Shown piece by piece: positions 25,913 through 32,000 of a DNA stretch of 32,000 nucleotides. Numbering within the stretch: the first letter of the stretch is position 1; every line of letters starts with the position of its first letter. The notes beneath the pieces are model-generated. The model was not told the DNA's origin. It did no database searches and saw only the letters and a program-made list of their open reading frames with translations. Position numbers and translations under genes: made by a program. Source of the stretch: Candidatus Thorarchaeota archaeon (GTDB lineage: Archaea > Asgardarchaeota > Heimdallarchaeia > Hodarchaeales > Hodarchaeaceae); assembly GCA_048882505.1 (NCBI GenBank), contig JBHLRO010000001.1, positions 450,001-482,000 of the forward strand, in the 5' to 3' direction.

Positions 25913-27673
25913 TCAGGTCTTACCTGTTTGAACACGCCATAACGAGGCATAAATCCCACCGTTCATGACAAGCTCGGGGTGAGTTCCACGTTCCGCGATA
26001 CCCCCGTTCTCTAGGACAAAAATTCTATCCGCATTTCGTATTGTAGACAATCTATGGGCAATAATCACGGTAGTACGCCCCACAATAATCTTTTCTAATG
26101 ATTTTTGGATCGCTGCCTCGGTTTCATTGTCTACGCTTGATGTAGCTTCGTCCAACACAAGGATTGGAGGATCTTTCAAAACAGCCCGTGCAATAGCGAT
26201 TCTCTGACGTTGTCCCCCACTTAGCTTCTGGCCTCGTTCCCCAACCAGGGTATCGTACTTATTTGGTAGTTTATCAATGAAATCATGAACCTCTGCAATC
26301 GTAGCGGCTTCAATAACCTCCTCCAAGGGGATATCAGGATTTCCATATGCGATATTTTCCCGCACTGTACCATCAATAATGAATGTATCTTGCTTTACCA
26401 GACCTATTCCCCGTCTTAGGTCTTGGAGTCTGAGATCTCGGAGATCTACACCATCAATCAGGATTTTTCCCGTATTAGGATCATAGAAACGCAGTAAAAG
26501 CTTAACAAGTGTGGATTTTCCAGCTCCAGTGGCGCCCACAAATGCAACGGTCTCTCCAGGATCAATAGACACGTTAAAATTCTGAAAAACTTCTTCTCGT
26601 CCCTTATACTGGAATGTGACATCCTTAAATTGAATTTTGCCTTCGATGGAAGCTACTGGCAAGTTCACATCCCCAGATATGATCTTTCCCGGTTTATCTA
26701 ATAAATTCATTATCCTGGCCGTGGAAGCCATGGCACGTTGATACTGGTCTAGCGTTTCCCCGACTCTGGTCAACGGCCATAATAGCCTTTGAGTCAAAAA
26801 GATCATGGCTGAATATGCCGCCACCTCAAGTGCCCCGTTTAAGGTCTGGAGGCCTCCAAAGAATAGCATCATGGTGAATCCAATGACAATAATCATCCTG
26901 ATAAGGGGGGAAAAGGCCGAACTATACTTGATCGCTTCACGATTAGCCGTTCGATAGTTATCTGAAGCGATGAAGATCCGATCTTCTTCGAATTTTTCAG
27001 TGGTATAGCTCTTAATAGTAGTGATCCCCGTTAGGTTATTCGCTAGCTGCCCATTTAGAATTCCTACAGCCTCTCTAACATTCCTATATTTCGGTTCAAG
27101 GTATTTCTGAAATTTAATGGAAAAATAGAGAATGAATGGCATCGGGAGCATAGCCATCCATGCAACCTCAGGGGAGAGGAGAAAGAAAGAGAAGCAGATG
27201 ACAATTGAGGTGACAGTTACCTGGATGAGATCATTGGCACTGACATCCAGAAAACGTTCTAGTTGGTTAATATCATCGTTTAGAATGGACATCAGGCCCC
27301 CAGTCTGCCGATCTTCAAAATATTCGACCTCCAAAGTCTGAAGATGGATATAGGCATCCATTCTAAGGGCGTGTTCAATTGTCTGGGCCAGGTTCCGCCA
27401 GTATATCTTGTAAAGATATTCAAAAAGGGATTCTAGGCCCCAGATAATGAATGTCAGCAGGCTCAGGAAAAGGAATTGTGAAGGAACATCTGGCAGAAAG
27501 CCAAATATCGATTGATCCTTTCTTACAGCAATATCTACGGCTGAAGCAATGAGAAAGGGAGGCGCCAGATCAAAAAGTTTGTTGAGAATCGAAAACATAG
27601 TTGCAAAACCCATCCTCGTTTGAAAAGGTTTGGCGTAGGTCATTAATTGTATAAAAGGGCTTGAACCGCTCAT
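25913..27673 (-). CDS. ABC half-transporter, fused permease plus ATPase (ABCB/MsbA-like exporter)
   Basis: Six-TM ABC_membrane region, GATGAGKST, LSGGQRQRIAIAR, ILVLDEATSSVD, IAHRLSTI. The frame extends to 27718; ATG 27673 is preferred. Confidence 0.93.
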   Translation of the reverse strand: MSGSSPFIQLMTYAKPFQTRMGFATMFSILNKLFDLAPPFLIASAVDIAVRKDQSIFGFLPDVPSQFLFLSLLTFIIWGLESLFEYLYKIYWRNLAQTIEHALRMDAYIHLQTLEVEYFEDRQTGGLMSILNDDINQLERFLDVSANDLIQVTVTSIVICFSFFLLSPEVAWMAMLPMPFILYFSIKFQKYLEPKYRNVREAVGILNGQLANNLTGITTIKSYTTEKFEEDRIFIASDNYRTANREAIKYSSAFSPLIRMIIVIGFTMMLFFGGLQTLNGALEVAAYSAMIFLTQRLLWPLTRVGETLDQYQRAMASTARIMNLLDKPGKIISGDVNLPVASIEGKIQFKDVTFQYKGREEVFQNFNVSIDPGETVAFVGATGAGKSTLVKLLLRFYDPNTGKILIDGVDLRDLRLQDLRRGIGLVKQDTFIIDGTVRENIAYGNPDIPLEEVIEAATIAEVHDFIDKLPNKYDTLVGERGQKLSGGQRQRIAIARAVLKDPPILVLDEATSSVDNETEAAIQKSLEKIIVGRTTVIIAHRLSTIRNADRIFVLENGGIAERGTHPELVMNGGIYASLWRVQTGKT

Positions 27674-27730
27674 AATTGAGACAACTAGCACAAAATAATA
27701 ATATCCATTGTATTTCACCTAGTTAATGAT

Positions 27731-30361
27731 TTGGAAACGTACCTGACTAGGAGACCTGTGGTGAGCCTGACCTCTCAACAGACAGTTGTTTTTACCCTCA
27801 TCGACCTAGATTATGAGATCTATTCATCCCCCCTAGGGCAACGACCTCGACTTAGACTTTGGGGACGCGCAGGGCATGATATTGTTGAAGTTAGAGTAGT
27901 AAATTTCCTTCCGTATTTTTACGCTCAAACCACAGAAGAAGAAGTACGTATACTTCTGTCCCAGGCGGACCAGCAGATAAGAGATTGGGTACTAGAGATT
28001 AATCCGCTTGAAAGACGAGTATACTTTGGTGGAGATACGATTAAATTGGTACGCCTGGTAGGCTCCCTCCCATATCAGGTTCCCCTCATTAGACAATTTC
28101 TGGAAGAACATCAAGTTGTAACACATGAAGCTGACATTCCCTTCACCCGGCGATTCTTGATTGACAGAAATCTTCGTGCACTTCACCCCATTCGTGCCTC
28201 AGGAAAGATTTTGGGGTCCAAATCTAGTTCCATCATCATGGAAACTGAGGTCAAGAATATAACCGCTGAGGAGTCGAATACGGATTTCCAACCCCTTGTC
28301 CTAGCTTTTGATATTGAAGTGGATGAACAGGGTGAAACCATTCAAGAATTAATGGATGAGAAAAGGAGACGGATTACCGCAATCTCACTTGCTTGGGGTA
28401 GATTTCCGACTGAACACCCCGATTCAAAAGTCTTAATTCTCAGAACCAAGACCGATGATGCTGAACGCGAGATCCTTGAGAAGTTTCTTTATCTCGTCCA
28501 GAGCGCAATCAGACCTGATATCTTGGTGTCATTCAATGGAACGTTTTTTGATATTCCTTATTTGGAATCCAGATTAAAACGTTATGGCAAGTCAATGGGG
28601 TCATTAACCTTATTTGAGGGACTGCAAGACACCATTCTAAAAGTTAATATTCCAGTCGAAAGTTATCGTCTCAGAGGTCGTGGAGTGGTGGACCTAATGC
28701 CGAAGACGTGGCATATTCATCCAGTTTCGGGGAAAAAAAATTTGGAGACGATTGCAAACTATGTCCTCGGGGAATCTAAAGTTGCCGTTCCAACTAGTCT
28801 GGGGGAATTATGGCGTAAAGGTGTTCACGGCGATGAGGAATCGATGCGGAATTTTCATGATTATTCTCTCCAGGATGCCATCCTGACATTTCGATTAGTA
28901 GGAGAACTGGGAATTATTGATACCCTAGAACTATGTCGTTTGGTGGGATACCCATTGCCTGAAGGCCTTTTGTCTACAGCTAGGCAGATCGGTGAATATG
29001 AACTCTATAGAATCCTATATGAAAATGAAATCTTGATACCATCAAAACCTAGCTCTACTGAACTTAAACAACGTCAGGAGTTGAAACGTAAGCATCCACA
29101 TCTGGGGGGGTGGGTCATCGACCCCACTGTGAGCGAGGCAACTTTCGTTGCCATTCTTGATTTTCGGTCACTCTACCCGAATTTGGTTCGTGTCCACAAT
29201 ATTAGTGGTGAGACTTTGATTCATGGTTCTGAAAACTTGGCACCCGTAGAAAGATTCCGAAAAACACCACAGGGCGCTCTTGCAAAGCTGATGGACCGGA
29301 TCTTGAAACAGCGATACAAAGTCCTGCACGAACTCGACCAAGTTCCAGAGACTCTGGATAAGGAAACTCAGGAAAACTGGAAAAAGATGTTGAAGAGACA
29401 AGAAATCTCACTTAAACTCATGGCAAATTCTTTGTATGGTTCATCAAATTATCCCCGTGGGCGATTTTACCATCATCTAATGTCAAATAGTATAACTGCA
29501 ATCGCTCGCGATCTACTTGGGGTGAAACTACAAAAGTGGACAGAAGAATTCGCAGTCCAACAACCTTATGGGGTTGCTCTCCTCTATGGTGATACTGATT
29601 CCATTTTCATTGAATTTCAACTTGATTTGAATCCTCAAGAGTTTTCTTGGCCCACAAAGCAATCTTTAGCCCCCCTTTTGAGTGCCATTAATATGTATCG
29701 AGAATTTCTAGCGAACAAGTTACCTGAGTTCCTTGAACTAAAATTAGAGGATATTGCACTTAGAATCATTTTGAAAGAGGGACGGAAGAAGGCGTACGCC
29801 TATTATTCACTCCTTTCGGGTGAGATCATAATTAAGGGGTTTGAGGCGGTTCGGTCTGATTGGTCTCCCCTGGCCAAAAGGACCCAAAGGCAGCTTTTAG
29901 AAACCCTCCTTACGGATTTCACGGATGATCGCGCTCAGAAAGCCCAAAGCGTTGTAATACAGGCATGTCGTACCATTTTGACTAAATCTATGTCCCAGCT
30001 TTTTGAAGATTTAACCATTCGGGGACCCCTTCGTAAGGCTCCAAGCAAATATAGGACAAAAACTCCAGCGGTTGGTGCATTTCTAAAGTATTGCACCAGA
30101 AACAAACTAGATCCTGAAGAGGAGTGGAAAAGATGGGATGGGTTTCCCTATATCATCGCTAAAGGCCCCATCGGAAAACCACAGTATCTTCGTGCTTTTC
30201 ACCCTGACGTTTTTCATGATAAAAGACAGAAACCAGATCGGAGACATTATGTACGGGAGATATTAGGTGCAAGCGAGCGATTTGGGATTGCTTTTTCTGA
30301 AAATGAAATCCTACACAAAATCTTTGTTATTCCCTTAACCGAATTTCTGGCTAATAACTAA
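27731..30361 (+). CDS. polB: Family B DNA polymerase with intact exonuclease and polymerase motifs
   Basis: ExoI AFDIEVD, ExoII FNGTFFDIPYL, ExoIII YSLQDA; motif A LDFRSLYPN, motif B LKLMANSLYG, motif C YGDTDS; KGFEAVRSDW. No C-terminal Cys cluster. Confidence 0.95.
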   Translation: METYLTRRPVVSLTSQQTVVFTLIDLDYEIYSSPLGQRPRLRLWGRAGHDIVEVRVVNFLPYFYAQTTEEEVRILLSQADQQIRDWVLEINPLERRVYFGGDTIKLVRLVGSLPYQVPLIRQFLEEHQVVTHEADIPFTRRFLIDRNLRALHPIRASGKILGSKSSSIIMETEVKNITAEESNTDFQPLVLAFDIEVDEQGETIQELMDEKRRRITAISLAWGRFPTEHPDSKVLILRTKTDDAEREILEKFLYLVQSAIRPDILVSFNGTFFDIPYLESRLKRYGKSMGSLTLFEGLQDTILKVNIPVESYRLRGRGVVDLMPKTWHIHPVSGKKNLETIANYVLGESKVAVPTSLGELWRKGVHGDEESMRNFHDYSLQDAILTFRLVGELGIIDTLELCRLVGYPLPEGLLSTARQIGEYELYRILYENEILIPSKPSSTELKQRQELKRKHPHLGGWVIDPTVSEATFVAILDFRSLYPNLVRVHNISGETLIHGSENLAPVERFRKTPQGALAKLMDRILKQRYKVLHELDQVPETLDKETQENWKKMLKRQEISLKLMANSLYGSSNYPRGRFYHHLMSNSITAIARDLLGVKLQKWTEEFAVQQPYGVALLYGDTDSIFIEFQLDLNPQEFSWPTKQSLAPLLSAINMYREFLANKLPEFLELKLEDIALRIILKEGRKKAYAYYSLLSGEIIIKGFEAVRSDWSPLAKRTQRQLLETLLTDFTDDRAQKAQSVVIQACRTILTKSMSQLFEDLTIRGPLRKAPSKYRTKTPAVGAFLKYCTRNKLDPEEEWKRWDGFPYIIAKGPIGKPQYLRAFHPDVFHDKRQKPDRRHYVREILGASERFGIAFSENEILHKIFVIPLTEFLANN

Positions 30362-30600
30362 TCTTGCAATTAAATGATTATTGAGGATCTAAGAAGGTTC
30401 TTTGATCATTTGTGGGGTAGTTAAAAACCTTATCAGCACGACTAAACTTTCTTGCTAAATTATAACGGAAAAGGATCGGCTGTCTATAATTCCGAACATA
30501 AATCCCCACCCGTTCTAATACTTGGTTCTTTATCGGAACCTCCAAAGTAGTGATCACAGTTGGAAATCATTTGATTAAGATCGTTGGAGCATGTTTCAAG

Positions 30601-32000
30601 ATGAAAATTCGTTTTATTAGTATTATGATCTTATTTATTCTCATAATGGGAGTTTTTCAGTCTGTAAACGCTTCTCAGTTGTCGATATCAGAATCAAAAT
30701 ATGGAAACGGAATTGATGACCAAAAATCCAGTGATTCTCTTGATGATCGTTCGTTTGAGGTTGAAATAGAGTCTCAATCATTGGAATCGCTCTCGAGATT
30801 TGATGACCCATTGTCTCGTCAAATCAGTCCGCTAGTTGTTAACAACGCATCAACCAATCAAAAGATTGTCCAATCTGTACAGGATGACCTAGTTGTCAAT
30901 ATTGATTTAGAAAAAAATACGATTCCGTCTGGAACCCCTCTTTATTTTTCAATTCAAGCTACAAGGGGATTTTTACCAGCTGAAGGAGCTGAATTTTTGC
31001 TGGAAATCATTGATGGCGAGTACTGGGGGTATTATTATTGGTGGGCGGAGGAATACTATAACTACCAAGATCGGGTCATAACAACAGAACAAGTCACAAT
31101 TGGGCCTGATGGGGAGTATCAAGGGATGTTCCTCCCACCAAAGGACGGTATTTTCACGCTAGTTGTCCGAGATCTAAGCTCAAATGTTCTGCAGAGTCGA
31201 ACCTTTACTGTAGCTGATATTGGGATTTTCTGGAGGGTACCATGGGAATATATAATCGGTGAGGAACACTATTCAGTGGCTTATGTTTTGAACACAACTG
31301 ATTTTTCCCCTGTAACGAACGTAGCTGTGGAACTATCTACCATTACCTATGAATACGTTCCGGATAATGCGGATTACGAGGTAAATACAGATTTGGTGTT
31401 TACAGGGGTAACCGATGAATCTGGTGTTGTCGAGATTTCATTTATTCCATCAAGTAGTTTTTCATCAGGTTATTTCCTCGCAAACCTAAGTGCTACCTAC
31501 AACGGTAGATCGGTTTATGTATCCCGAGAGCTTAGACAAGGGGATAACAGGTGGTGGTGGGGTAGTGATCAAGGCTATAACCCCTATGAGTTTATTATAA
31601 CAACCGATAAACCGATCTACACTCCAGGTGAATCGATACAAGCACGGATATTAGTATGGAAAAACGATTATCACAAGGTTACTAAAAAACCAGTGAAGGA
31701 AACTTTCACCCTAAGGTTATTATCTCCGTCGCAGCATATACTTGTCCAGCGTGAATTGACTACTGATACTTTTGGGGTGGCTACCTATTCTTTTCCGCTT
31801 GATACTGATATTGAATTAGGTAAATATACCTTAGAAGCCAAAAAAGGTGAAATTCAGTCATTTCAAGAGATTAGAGTTGATAGATACGAAAAACCTGCTT
31901 TTCGAGTAGATCTTCTATTAGACCGAGACTATGTCCCACCCGGGGAATTAATAACTGGAACCCTTAGTGCAAAATACTATTTTGGCAAACCCGTGGTAAA
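30601..32000 (+). CDS. Secreted alpha-2-macroglobulin-family (MG-domain) protein, 5' part (runs off the right edge)
   Basis: Not in the ORF track because there is no stop. Open for 466 codons: signal peptide MKIRFISIMILFILIMGVFQSVNA, then ITTDKPIYTPGESIQARILV (31600), LGKYTLEA, IRVDRYEKPAFRV (31870) and LSAKYYFGKPV (31963). These are the ordered MG2/MG3 motifs of A2M and complement-like proteins. Confidence 0.85.
   Translation, partial: MKIRFISIMILFILIMGVFQSVNASQLSISESKYGNGIDDQKSSDSLDDRSFEVEIESQSLESLSRFDDPLSRQISPLVVNNASTNQKIVQSVQDDLVVNIDLEKNTIPSGTPLYFSIQATRGFLPAEGAEFLLEIIDGEYWGYYYWWAEEYYNYQDRVITTEQVTIGPDGEYQGMFLPPKDGIFTLVVRDLSSNVLQSRTFTVADIGIFWRVPWEYIIGEEHYSVAYVLNTTDFSPVTNVAVELSTITYEYVPDNADYEVNTDLVFTGVTDESGVVEISFIPSSSFSSGYFLANLSATYNGRSVYVSRELRQGDNRWWWGSDQGYNPYEFIITTDKPIYTPGESIQARILVWKNDYHKVTKKPVKETFTLRLLSPSQHILVQRELTTDTFGVATYSFPLDTDIELGKYTLEAKKGEIQSFQEIRVDRYEKPAFRVDLLLDRDYVPPGELITGTLSAKYYFGKPVV

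Noticed and set aside
28729-28743. GGGGAAAAAAAATTT slippery-like run in polB
   Set aside because: The frame is intact through all motifs and A8 runs are unremarkable in an AT-rich genome.
1103-29411. Many 60-140 aa ORFs antisense to or overlapping long genes (e.g. 1103-1528, 3587-3985, 6570-6752, 11139-11513, 22905-23249, 24120-24368, 29168-29411)
   Set aside because: They are shadows of motif-supported genes on the other strand or frame, with no motifs or ribosome-binding sites of their own.
1-32000. CRISPR arrays, tRNA and rRNA genes, introns/inteins, Sec/Pyl recoding
   Set aside because: No regularly spaced repeats, no T-arm GTTCRA with cloverleaf context, no intein motifs in PolB, and no in-frame TGA/TAG inside a recognisable enzyme were seen by eye.

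Overview
AT-rich archaeal chromosomal window, almost certainly from an Asgard archaeon: it has a near-eukaryotic Lokiactin-type actin at 6278-7420, an F420-dependent enzyme, and archaeal TATA, GGTGA/GAGG ribosome-binding and oligo-T signals. Left part: PatB/MalY lyase (partial), F420-dependent nitroreductase-family enzyme, DHA2 MFS pump, aldo/keto reductase, a SPOUT methyltransferase with a possible THUMP domain, an ICMT-family membrane methyltransferase and actin. Middle part (about 8.1-19.4 kb), accessory-like: a 480-aa double-HTH regulator, a 47-aa signal-peptide micro-ORF missing from the ORF track, a wHTH regulator, a MacB/FtsX-type ABC system, a heavily decayed IS110 transposase and orphan secreted/membrane proteins. 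Right part: an FAD oxidoreductase preceded by a GC-rich structured leader, membrane proteins, an MFS-DUF47/PhoU fusion, an ABCB-type half transporter, a family B DNA polymerase with intact motifs, and the 5' part of a secreted alpha-2-macroglobulin-family protein (30601 to the window end, also missing from the track). Best leads: the micro-peptide locus, the macroglobulin, the MFS-DUF47 fusion and the long hairpin upstream of actin. All assignments come from manual translation and motif recognition; no searches were run.
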